From Gammaproteobacteria bacterium (GTDB lineage: Bacteria > Pseudomonadota > Gammaproteobacteria > Eutrophobiales > Eutrophobiaceae): 64,000 nt of DNA. The notes below the pieces were generated by a model. The model had not been told where the DNA came from. It saw only the letters and a program-made list of their open reading frames with translations, and ran no database searches. The DNA is taken from NCBI GenBank assembly GCA_965243205.1, contig CBDEUK010000002.1, positions 1,504,001 through 1,568,000 on the forward strand, read 5' to 3'. Both the position numbers and the translations under genes were made by a program. Positions 40,458 to 49,590 of this stretch are shown here, in pieces (the first letter of the stretch is position 1; every line of letters begins with the position of its first letter).

Positions 40458-42749
40458 ATGTCTAAAATTGATAAAAAAAATAGTCTGAACCGTTCACTAA
40501 CCTTATTGTGGCTTGTTCCTGTAATTTTAATTAGCTTGATTTTAGGTATCTATATCATCACTCAACGACTAACCGATATAGAAGAAACTCTTGTTCAAAA
40601 ACAAATTAGCATTCTAAGATATATTGCATCATCATCAGAAATCGCTATGTATTCAGGTGATATTAATAGACTTGAAGAAATTGCTAATTCAATACCAACC
40701 AATCAAGATATTGAGGGGATCGCATTTTACAGCTCTTCGTTAAAATTAATTAGTACTTCGAATGGATTCTCTCCAGACATTGGTATCTTAAATAAGATAT
40801 CTTCATATAAGCCTGAAACATTAATTAAAGAAAATAACAATTGGTTAATATTTAAACCTATATTAAATCATTCCATAGAAATAGAAGATGATTTTTTTAC
40901 TTCAAACTCAAAACAAAATTCCTTGCTAGGTTATGTTTTTATTTATTCAGCAAAAAACTATTTGGATTCGAAACGTAAAGAGATTATTTCCACCAGCATA
41001 ATAATTTGTCTAACAGGGATCTTAATGACCTTAGCATTTTCAAGAAGGTTGAATTATAAAATTAACCAATCAATTTCTATTATATCAAACTCTATTGACG
41101 AATTAAGCAATGGTAATTTCAGTCATAAAATTGAAGATGATGCAGGAGAACTTTCAAAGTTATATAACGATCTAAATTCTTTATCTGATACATTAAAACA
41201 TCATGATGCTCTGATGAAAGAAAATATCGAAATAGCCGTTAGAAAAAAACAAGAAGCATTAGAAACTGTCGAACAAAAAAATATCGAATTATCTGTTCAA
41301 AAAGAAAAAGCTGAAAAAGCAAACAAAACCAAGGATGAATTTTTAGCAAAAATGAGTCATGAACTCAGGACACCAGTCAATGCGATCAATGGTTTTGCTA
41401 ATTTGATTAAGAAGAAAAGTCAAAGTATCGAAGAAACTGAACATGCTAATATAATTATTAATTCATCTAATGTTCTACTCTCGATCATAAATGAATTATT
41501 AGACTTTTCGAAAATCGAGCTTGGTGAACTTGAACTATCCGAAACAGAATTCGATCTGATTCGATGTATCGATAATGTTTGTCAAATGAACTACGGCGCG
41601 GCTGAAGAAAGAAATATTGGTTTTAATATTGATATCGATCCAGATTTAGCACGATATGTCATCGGCGATGAATATAAACTCACTCAAGTCCTTAATAATA
41701 TTCTATCAAATGCTATCAAATTCACCTCAAAAGGCTATGTGCATTTTGATGTCAAACTAAAAAATAAATCTTTTCAGTATCAAACTATTAACTTTACAAT
41801 TTTAGACACAGGGGTTGGTATACCTAACGAAAAACTATCTGTCATTTTCGATGAGTTTACTCAATTAAAAACTGATATTGATGCCTATAACGAAGGTACA
41901 GGACTTGGTTTATCGATCGTGAAAAAATTAGTTTCTTTATTAAATGGCAGTATAGATATAACTAGTGAGCTAAATAAAGGAACAATTGTTACTCTGACTA
42001 TACCATTAGATACTATTTCAAATATATCTTCTAATGAGAAACAGCCAAACAAATCATCTAATAAAAAAATTATGTCAGAACAAATTGATGATTTAAAAAT
42101 TCTAATTTCCGAAGATCATGACTTTAATCGATTATTATTAATCAATATATTAGGAGAATTTAATTTTGAAACTTATGAGACTAAAAATGGCGAGGAACTT
42201 TTGGATTTTCTTCCTCAAGTTGAACCAGATATTATATTACTTGATTTACATATGCCTGTAATGGATGGTTACACAGTATGTAAAAAAATTCGCAGCCGTA
42301 AAGACAAATTAAAAGACACACCAATTTTAATCATGACTGCAGATGTGATTTCTTTAACAAACTCTAAATTTATTGAAACCCAAGCAAATGACATTATTTA
42401 TAAACCCATTAACGCCGATGAACTTATTGAAAAAATAAGAATGCATTGCCATTCGCCATTGAATGGTCAAAATAAAGTAAAAAAGTTACTTAATAAACCA
42501 TCTTATACAAACGATGAATTATATATAGAGTATAAACGTCTTATTGATATTTCTATAGAACAAAATAAAACCAATGACGAACAACTAAAAGAAACATTGC
42601 ATATGCTAAAAGGCATAGCTTCCCTTAGCAACAATGGAGTACTCACAAATAAGATAAAAACATTAGGAAATACATCAAAAGAATTTCTACATGAAAAATT
42701 GATTGAAATAAAAAAAATTATCGAATCTGAATTAACTTTCATTCATTAA
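40458..42749 (+). CDS. Hybrid sensor histidine kinase (BarA/GacS-like: periplasmic sensor-HAMP-HisKA-HATPase-REC-degenerate HPt)
   Basis: Two TMs, MSHELRTP, NILSNAIKFT, DTGVG, GTGLGL, REC LLDLHMPVMDG, and C-terminal LHMLKG. Confidence 0.9.
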   Translation: MSKIDKKNSLNRSLTLLWLVPVILISLILGIYIITQRLTDIEETLVQKQISILRYIASSSEIAMYSGDINRLEEIANSIPTNQDIEGIAFYSSSLKLISTSNGFSPDIGILNKISSYKPETLIKENNNWLIFKPILNHSIEIEDDFFTSNSKQNSLLGYVFIYSAKNYLDSKRKEIISTSIIICLTGILMTLAFSRRLNYKINQSISIISNSIDELSNGNFSHKIEDDAGELSKLYNDLNSLSDTLKHHDALMKENIEIAVRKKQEALETVEQKNIELSVQKEKAEKANKTKDEFLAKMSHELRTPVNAINGFANLIKKKSQSIEETEHANIIINSSNVLLSIINELLDFSKIELGELELSETEFDLIRCIDNVCQMNYGAAEERNIGFNIDIDPDLARYVIGDEYKLTQVLNNILSNAIKFTSKGYVHFDVKLKNKSFQYQTINFTILDTGVGIPNEKLSVIFDEFTQLKTDIDAYNEGTGLGLSIVKKLVSLLNGSIDITSELNKGTIVTLTIPLDTISNISSNEKQPNKSSNKKIMSEQIDDLKILISEDHDFNRLLLINILGEFNFETYETKNGEELLDFLPQVEPDIILLDLHMPVMDGYTVCKKIRSRKDKLKDTPILIMTADVISLTNSKFIETQANDIIYKPINADELIEKIRMHCHSPLNGQNKVKKLLNKPSYTNDELYIEYKRLIDISIEQNKTNDEQLKETLHMLKGIASLSNNGVLTNKIKTLGNTSKEFLHEKLIEIKKIIESELTFIH

Positions 42750-42759
42750 AATATTATCT

Positions 42760-43410
42760 TTATTCCATTATCTCGATGAATAAAGTAACGGCATCAAATT
42801 CTTCGATATTTCTCAATGGCTTTTGGCTATCAGGCTTTTTAATACTTATTAGATTTTCAATCCCGTACGATTTAGCAGATTTAAGAACATTTAAATTATC
42901 ATCAATTAATAACGTTGATTTGTTCTGATAATCAATAATATTTTTTAAGCAATGCCAAAACTTTACTTCCTCTTTTGCTACACCAAAATCATGCGAACTC
43001 ACAATATTATGAAAATAATCTTGTATCTCCGTCACGGAAAATTTCATATCAATTAAATCACGATGAGCATTAGTAACCATAACAATTGATTTATCTTGCT
43101 GCTTTAAAAATTGGAGGAATTGAATTGTATCCGATCTGATTTGTATTTTATGTTTGATCGTTTCTTTTAAATCGATCATATTCATCTCTAAACGCTTTGA
43201 CCAATAATCTAAACAATACCATTGCAGTGTACCCTCCTCTTTTTTAAAAATTGGTATTAATTCAGACTTTGCATCTTCTAAAGTTATATCATGTTTTTTT
43301 GCCCAACATTGTGGCAAATGTTCATGCCAAAAATAATTATCAAAATGTAAATCTAATAAGGTTCCATCCATATCTAACAGAACCGTCTCGATTTTTGACC
43401 AATCAATCAT
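42760..43410 (-). CDS. yrfG: GMP/IMP nucleotidase (HAD family)
   Basis: LDMDGTLLDLHFDNYFW, WYCLDYWS, TNAH and IDDN. Confidence 0.92.
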   Translation of the reverse strand: MIDWSKIETVLLDMDGTLLDLHFDNYFWHEHLPQCWAKKHDITLEDAKSELIPIFKKEEGTLQWYCLDYWSKRLEMNMIDLKETIKHKIQIRSDTIQFLQFLKQQDKSIVMVTNAHRDLIDMKFSVTEIQDYFHNIVSSHDFGVAKEEVKFWHCLKNIIDYQNKSTLLIDDNLNVLKSAKSYGIENLISIKKPDSQKPLRNIEEFDAVTLFIEIME

Positions 43411-43490
43411 ATTAATTTCGTAAATTCAATCTAACATCTATTATTTCTATCCGTTATCATAGCGTATTGTCATAACGAAGTAGAATTTTT

Positions 43491-44300
43491 GTGAATAACA
43501 TTATCGAACCAAAATTATTAACTCAATTAGCCGACTCTGTTAAAACGATTGCAATAGAAGCTGGTCATGAAATTTTACGAATCTATGAAACAGAATTTGA
43601 AGTTGAACGTAAAGAAGATAAATCTCCGGTTACTGAAGCAGATAAGGCTGCACATAATGTTATTTGTGAAGGCCTAAATAATCTAGAACACATCTTTCCT
43701 ATTCTTTCAGAAGAAGCTGCAGCGATTCCTTTTGATGAACGGCACTCTTGGCAAACATACTGGCTAGTCGATCCTTTGGATGGAACCCGTGAATTTATTA
43801 AACGCAATGGTGAGTTCACTGTAAATATTGCATTAATACATGAACAAAAACCGATTATTGGTGTAGTTTACGTTCCAGTAACAGATGTTACTTATTGTGG
43901 AATTTTAGATATTGGCTCATTTAAACAAATTGATGGAAAAAAAGGCTCTATTCAATGTCGCCCATCTAATTTAAATAGCATCACTATTGCTGGCAGTCGT
44001 TCACACAGTAATAAAAAACAACAAGCTTTTATACAAAATTTCCCTGACGCAGAAATACTCGCTGTTGGCAGTTCATTAAAATTTTGTTTAGTAGCTGAAG
44101 GAAAAGCTGATATTTATCCACGTTTCGGCCCAACATCCGAATGGGATACAGCTGCCGCTCAATGTGTCGTCGAGCAAGCAGGAGGCAAAGTAGTCACACA
44201 TGATTTGGTGCCGCTAAAATACAACACCAAAGACTCTTTATTAAACCCAGAGTTTCTTACCATAGGCGATCCTGAGTTTAATTGGGCTCAATTTATCTAA
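43491..44300 (+). CDS. cysQ: 3'(2'),5'-bisphosphate nucleotidase
   Basis: SPVTEAD, LSEE, DPLDGTREF, GSSLKFC and EWDTAA. Confidence 0.95.
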   Translation: MNNIIEPKLLTQLADSVKTIAIEAGHEILRIYETEFEVERKEDKSPVTEADKAAHNVICEGLNNLEHIFPILSEEAAAIPFDERHSWQTYWLVDPLDGTREFIKRNGEFTVNIALIHEQKPIIGVVYVPVTDVTYCGILDIGSFKQIDGKKGSIQCRPSNLNSITIAGSRSHSNKKQQAFIQNFPDAEILAVGSSLKFCLVAEGKADIYPRFGPTSEWDTAAAQCVVEQAGGKVVTHDLVPLKYNTKDSLLNPEFLTIGDPEFNWAQFI

Positions 44301-44770
44301 AACGATTTACCAATGGCAAATCCAAAAACAATCGAATCGTGTGCGTTTTCAGCTATATCGAAATGCAATTGTGGTGATAAGGTATAGTGATGATCAAATT
44401 TAAATTCATACATCGTTCCGACCCTAAATAAAAATCGATCACCATGATCAGTAAATTCTATTCCAGGACCTACTTGAAATATCATGCCGATGGGTGTGTG
44501 TATATCAGCAACCGTTAAGAATGTAGTCGCATCAATATCATCAAACGCATGTTCAAGAACAACCCCTAAGCCTAAAATTTCACTTACACAATACTCATAA
44601 TCTAAACCAAAGGTTTCACCATTATGATCATCATCTAACATATGAGTGCCCCCTATAAATAGGGATATATGATGTGGTTTTTCTAAGTTTTCTGCGTTAA
44701 CAAAAGAGATAAAGGAAAAGAAACAAATTAAAGAAACAAGTATCATTTTCATGAATGTCTTTAGCGACAT
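44297..44770 (-). CDS. Small exported protein, probable 8-stranded outer-membrane beta-barrel, His-rich
   Basis: Signal peptide, alternating beta-strands (FGLDYEY, GLGVVLE, FLFRVGTMYEF) and a terminal Phe. Confidence 0.6.
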   Translation of the reverse strand: MSLKTFMKMILVSLICFFSFISFVNAENLEKPHHISLFIGGTHMLDDDHNGETFGLDYEYCVSEILGLGVVLEHAFDDIDATTFLTVADIHTPIGMIFQVGPGIEFTDHGDRFLFRVGTMYEFKFDHHYTLSPQLHFDIAENAHDSIVFGFAIGKSF

Positions 44771-44835
44771 CAGAAAAAAAAACTTGAGCTATTTCTCAGT
44801 TTTAAAAAAATACCAAATGTAGATCTTAAATAGAA

Positions 44836-44911
44836 TGGTGGCCAGGGACAGAATCGAACTGCCGACACAGGGATTTTCAGTCCCCTGCTCTACCGACTGA
44901 GCTACCTGGCC
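44836..44911 (-). tRNA. tRNA-Phe(GAA)
   Basis: Reverse complement GGCCAGGTAGCTCAGTCGGTAGAGCAGGGGACTGAAAATCCCTGTGTCGGCAGTTCGATTCTGTCCCTGGCCACCA: 76 nt, cloverleaf, encoded CCA. Confidence 0.97.
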
Positions 44912-45104
44912 AGATAGATAAGATATATAATTTTTCTTTCCCTATTGGACTGAAAATAGATTTTCATGTCCTGCATACCCTGCCGCTGCGCGACCTCGCC
45001 ATCCTGGCGTATGGTCTTCATACTTAGGTTAATGTAGTAAACCTTGATGAGAAAACACTCTAAGCTATTGATTTTCTTATAAGCGTGTTCAGAGCGAAGG
45101 GCGT

Positions 45105-45133
45105 ATTAAACCGATCTCATCGCCATTCGTCAA
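45105..45133 (-). promoter_or_regulatory. Sigma70 promoter with GC-rich discriminator, probably for tRNA-Phe
   Basis: TTGACG-17 nt-TTTAAT followed by ACGCCC on the minus strand. Confidence 0.6.
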
Positions 45134-45153
45134 GTCAAAGTCTTAGATGGGAA

Positions 45154-45429
45154 TTATTCGTCTTCAGGGGCAGTAAATTCAGCTGGCTTTTCCGCGCCAC
45201 CAGTAAAAAAGAACTTTTCCATTTCTTCTTCCAGAAATTGTCTGGCCTTGGGTTCAATTGGCGTAAGACGGTACTCGTTAATCAACATAGTTTGATGACC
45301 GAGCCATTGTTGCCATGCCTCCTTAGATACATTATCGAATATGCGCTTGCCTAAATCGCCAGGATAAGTTGGTCTGTCCAAACCTTCTGCTTCTTTATCC
45401 AGTTTTACGCAATGTACCATTCTTGTCAT
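45154..45429 (-). CDS. yggX: Fe(II)-trafficking / oxidative damage protection protein
   Basis: [18 protein letters not shown] and [11 protein letters not shown]; follows mutY. Confidence 0.94.
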   Translation of the reverse strand: MTRMVHCVKLDKEAEGLDRPTYPGDLGKRIFDNVSKEAWQQWLGHQTMLINEYRLTPIEPKARQFLEEEMEKFFFTGGAEKPAEFTAPEDE

Positions 45430-45451
45430 TCAATCTTTCCTCTTACTAATC

Positions 45452-46492
45452 TTAATTTAAGGATTCTAATAATTTTTTGACCGGGGCAGCCAAACCTAAT
45501 GTATTAATATCAGAATTTTTAATCCAACGCAGTGTATCATGTTCAGCGATACGATTTTTAGCTAACTCGATTTTTATTCGTACTGGTTCTATATCCAAAT
45601 GGTAATGGCTAAAGGTATGCCTAAAACCAGTTAACGCCTGTTGACTAAGTATTGTTAAACCAAACTTTTCATCAAGAAATGATTCTATATTTTGTTCATG
45701 ATTGATTTCAGGTAACGACCATAAACCACCCCAAATCCCTATTGGTGGACGTTTAATCATCAACACATTTTTTTCATTACTTTCACAAATTAAAAAGCGT
45801 ATTTGTTTTGTTGGCTTATTCGTTTTTGGTTTACGGTTTGGATAACTTGCAACTGAATTTAATTGAAAAGCTTTACAATTCGTTTTAAAGATACATGATT
45901 CACAAGTTGGTTTGGAACGAATACAAACCGTTGCGCCAAAATCCATAATGGCTTGCGTGTAATCTGCTACTCTTTGTTGTGGCATTAAATCGTCCGCTAA
46001 CTTCCATAAATCATCGGCTACTTTGCTATTACCTGGCCATCCCTCAATAGCATAGAGCCGTGTTATAACTCGTTTAACATTACCATCCAATATCGGCTGC
46101 CGTTGTTGTTGTGCTATCGACAAAATCGCTCCAGCAGTTGAACGACCAACTCCTGGTAGAGAAATCATCTCATCGATAGTATTAGGAAATTCACCATTAA
46201 AATCATTTACAACTTTTAAAGCCGCTTTATGTAAATTCCGTCCTCGGGCGTAGTAACCCAATCCTGTCCAGTGTTGCAATACTTCATCAACAGTAGCAGA
46301 TGCTAAATCATGAACATCTGGAAAACGTTGCATGAAACGTTCGTAATATGGAATAACCGTTTTAACTTGAGTTTGTTGTAACATGATCTCAGAAACCCAA
46401 ACTCGATAAGAATTAATATTTTGTTGCCAAGGCAGATCATGGCGACCATGTTGGTCAAACCATGTTAAAAGTTTTTTGGAAAAGTTTTTCAA
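45452..46492 (-). CDS. mutY: A/G-specific adenine glycosylase
   Basis: VSEIMLQQTQV, GLGYYARG, LPGVGRSTA, DGNVKRV and the 4Fe-4S Cys motif. Confidence 0.96.
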   Translation of the reverse strand: MKNFSKKLLTWFDQHGRHDLPWQQNINSYRVWVSEIMLQQTQVKTVIPYYERFMQRFPDVHDLASATVDEVLQHWTGLGYYARGRNLHKAALKVVNDFNGEFPNTIDEMISLPGVGRSTAGAILSIAQQQRQPILDGNVKRVITRLYAIEGWPGNSKVADDLWKLADDLMPQQRVADYTQAIMDFGATVCIRSKPTCESCIFKTNCKAFQLNSVASYPNRKPKTNKPTKQIRFLICESNEKNVLMIKRPPIGIWGGLWSLPEINHEQNIESFLDEKFGLTILSQQALTGFRHTFSHYHLDIEPVRIKIELAKNRIAEHDTLRWIKNSDINTLGLAAPVKKLLESLN

Positions 46493-46507
46493 TTTTAGAA
46501 ATGATTA

Positions 46508-49500
46508 TTAAAAACCCAAACCTTTAAATAATTCTTCAACCGCTTTTTCTTTTAATTGTTCCACTGGATCTTTTTCTTCTTCAGTTGGTGGTGTAGGTTC
46601 ACCTTCAGTTGTTAGAGACTCAGTTTCTGAAGATTTTGATGGTACAGTAGCTTCACTTTCTGTTGGCGTAGTTTCCGTAGTCTGGGTTGATTCTTCAGAC
46701 TTCTCTTTTCCTGATAGTTTATCCAAAAAATCGCCTAACTTACGTTCTACTTGTTTTGCTGCAAATCCAGAAACTATTTTTCCAGCATCAGGGATACAGT
46801 TTTTATCAGCTAGCTTTCCACGACATCGAATAGGAATGCGTTCTCCACCAACATTATAAGTTTTTTCTCCTTGTTCCAATCGTTGTTCAGTCGCTTCTAC
46901 TACTAGATCGTATTTCCAAGTTTGATCAGCCAAGTTCATCACCATACCTTTACCAGCAACATTAAAACCTGATGCAAGTAAAGCTAAATCTTCATTACTC
47001 ACAACACCACTATTTATGTCTAATGTTCCATTAACACTATCAAATGGTGTCTCTCCTCCTTGAGGTAAATTTTTAAGTCCTAAAACATCCTTATTTTTAA
47101 TTTTAATCTCAACATCGTGAAGAATTTTTGGTATGTCAACACCTTTTAGAATACCGTTAACTAAATCTAATTCACCTTTTCCACTTAAACTATTTCGCAA
47201 AGCATTTACATCTGCCCCTGATGAACTTAAATTCAAACTCACATTACCTTTGCCTGTTAAAGTCGCTTCACCAGTTAAATCATTTAATAACGGTTCTATT
47301 AAAATATCATTGAACTGTGTATTCATGTTTAACTTTGGCTGTTTGCCAGTAGCATCTAATAGAATATCTCCTGAATAATTACCTTCATATAAATTTGCTT
47401 TGGCCGGCTTGAATTGCAATTTACCGTCTTTGGCTTTTAAACTAAGCTTCACATCTTTCATTTTTATGTTTGAATAAACTAAACTCCCGATTAAGACATC
47501 TCCATTTATATTCAAACTACGTAAAGTATCCATTGGTAATTCTGTTGCTGCACCTGCTGCAACTGTTTCTGGTGTAGCTTTAGCTTTGTTTGCAGGAGGC
47601 ATATATCGATCAGCATTGATTTGATTAATACCAATACCAAAATTGATCGCAGGTTTGCTGAAATTTTGAACCGAGACATCACCACGTAGTTCACTTTCAT
47701 CTAAAATCATATTCAGATTCGATAATTTTAATGAATCTTTAGAACCAGATAATGTTGTCTTAATAGAAAATTTCTTTAACACATTCTTATCAGCTGTTTT
47801 CGGAGCAGGCTGATTTAATTTTGCTAAGAACGATCGCAAATTAAATGGCGCAACTGAAAGATCACCATTAAAGTTTGCAGCGGTGTTTAAATCAGTAACG
47901 TTAACATTACCCATTAAGTCTAAACCCAAACCTTTGATGGTAAGGTTTTTAATGGATGCTGTTTGTTTATTCGTATTACTGTTGACATCACCTATCATGA
48001 TTAAATCAACAGGTGAATTAGGTATTTGTTTACTCGACAAAGTGGCTTTTAAATTAAATGGGCTTAATGAAATTTCATCGCCTTTACCTTTAACACCTAA
48101 TTCAAGGTTTAATTTTTTAAGGACCTGAGCTAGATCAGCTTGGCCTATTGCAGAAAGTAAATCCGTTAGCTTTTCACCGTTAACCGTAAAATTTCCATCA
48201 ATATTATTATTTGATGAATTCATTTTACCATTCACAGTTAAACCTAAAGCTTTAGCATTCAAACTAGTGACATTTAACTTTCCAACAGATGGATTCAAAT
48301 CAAATGTCGATGCAATATCAAAACTCTTCTGTTTGGTGTTTATTAATGTATGTCCAAACTCAATCAAGTTTTTATCGCCTTGTAATTGACCGACTACTTC
48401 TAGTAGTAATGGCAAATTATTACCCTGTGCAGTCAGCGTGCCTTGAGCAGCTGGCGATTCTGACTGTAATCCTGATGCTGTAACATTGGCGTTAATATCC
48501 GTACCTAATCCTTTCATAATGAAATCTGGAACCTTAACGATTTGTTCTTCCATATCAACATTCACGGAAGAACTGATATCAAATGATGATGTTTTTAGTT
48601 TTGCTAGATCCGTCGCGAGCGGCTCGACTTCTAATACTTTAAATAACTGAGCTAAGCTCTTCCCAGTAAGCTTAAACTTGCCATCAACTAAAGGATCAGA
48701 ATCAATATCACTTGCTTTTAATTCAGCCTGTAATTGAGTATCTAAAGCATTTAAATTTAACGATTCGATAGTTGCCGTTTGTTGTTTTAGATCGACGACT
48801 AATCCCGTATCAAACGTTAACTCAGTTTTACCACCTGGAATCTTTTTACCCCTCATCAAGGCCGTTACATTGAATGGTTTTGCACGATATAACTCATTGT
48901 CTAAATCGTATTCCAAAGTACCTTTTAAATTTACATTGGAATTAATAGCTGGTTGATTTGATTCAACATTTAAACTGGCAACTAAATCGACAGGATCACC
49001 AAACGTTAATTCGCCGGTACTAGCTGTGATATTATTAACGTTAACCACTTGCCCACTACTTTGATCATTCCAGCTTACTTTTGAATCTTTAATATCTATC
49101 CCGCCTAATATCAAAGCTGCAAGTTCTGGCGGTTCTGAATCATGTGAATGTTTTTCATCCGTATCGCCCGCAAAATCAGCCCAGTTAGTGATGCCTTGTT
49201 TGTTTTTTTCTAGGTTTAACTCAAGGCCATGAATTTTTAAGGTATCCAATTCAAACTGTTGTTTGAGTAGTGGTAAGGTTTTGATACGAACCGCTAATGA
49301 ATCCGTCTTCATAAAAGGTTTATCACTGAAACCCTCAGGATTACTTAAGGAAACATTTTGCAGATTGATCCCAGCCCACGGATAGAAACTTAAATTTAAA
49401 TCACCATCGATACTTAAATCGCGACCAGTCTCTTGTTTTACTTGCGTGATAATATCTTGTTTGAATTTATCCGATTTAGCGTAATGAATTCCGCCGTAAA

Positions 49501-49570
49501 TAACTCCTGCAGCAATAACCACTATCAGCAAAAATAAACCAATTAACCATTTAAAAAATCGTTTCATCAT
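46508..49570 (-). CDS. AsmA-family protein (long, internally repeated)
   Basis: N-terminal TM, TGRDLSIDGDLNLSFYPW, NWADF, INADRY, LYEG, GGETPF; asmA-mutY synteny. Confidence 0.88.
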   Translation of the reverse strand: MMKRFFKWLIGLFLLIVVIAAGVIYGGIHYAKSDKFKQDIITQVKQETGRDLSIDGDLNLSFYPWAGINLQNVSLSNPEGFSDKPFMKTDSLAVRIKTLPLLKQQFELDTLKIHGLELNLEKNKQGITNWADFAGDTDEKHSHDSEPPELAALILGGIDIKDSKVSWNDQSSGQVVNVNNITASTGELTFGDPVDLVASLNVESNQPAINSNVNLKGTLEYDLDNELYRAKPFNVTALMRGKKIPGGKTELTFDTGLVVDLKQQTATIESLNLNALDTQLQAELKASDIDSDPLVDGKFKLTGKSLAQLFKVLEVEPLATDLAKLKTSSFDISSSVNVDMEEQIVKVPDFIMKGLGTDINANVTASGLQSESPAAQGTLTAQGNNLPLLLEVVGQLQGDKNLIEFGHTLINTKQKSFDIASTFDLNPSVGKLNVTSLNAKALGLTVNGKMNSSNNNIDGNFTVNGEKLTDLLSAIGQADLAQVLKKLNLELGVKGKGDEISLSPFNLKATLSSKQIPNSPVDLIMIGDVNSNTNKQTASIKNLTIKGLGLDLMGNVNVTDLNTAANFNGDLSVAPFNLRSFLAKLNQPAPKTADKNVLKKFSIKTTLSGSKDSLKLSNLNMILDESELRGDVSVQNFSKPAINFGIGINQINADRYMPPANKAKATPETVAAGAATELPMDTLRSLNINGDVLIGSLVYSNIKMKDVKLSLKAKDGKLQFKPAKANLYEGNYSGDILLDATGKQPKLNMNTQFNDILIEPLLNDLTGEATLTGKGNVSLNLSSSGADVNALRNSLSGKGELDLVNGILKGVDIPKILHDVEIKIKNKDVLGLKNLPQGGETPFDSVNGTLDINSGVVSNEDLALLASGFNVAGKGMVMNLADQTWKYDLVVEATEQRLEQGEKTYNVGGERIPIRCRGKLADKNCIPDAGKIVSGFAAKQVERKLGDFLDKLSGKEKSEESTQTTETTPTESEATVPSKSSETESLTTEGEPTPPTEEEKDPVEQLKEKAVEELFKGLGF

Positions 49571-49590
49571 GTAACCTTTTTTTAATCACT

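Noticed and set aside
44780-44911. Prophage or island integrated at tRNA-Phe
   Set aside because: No integrase and no duplicated tRNA 3' end in the window.
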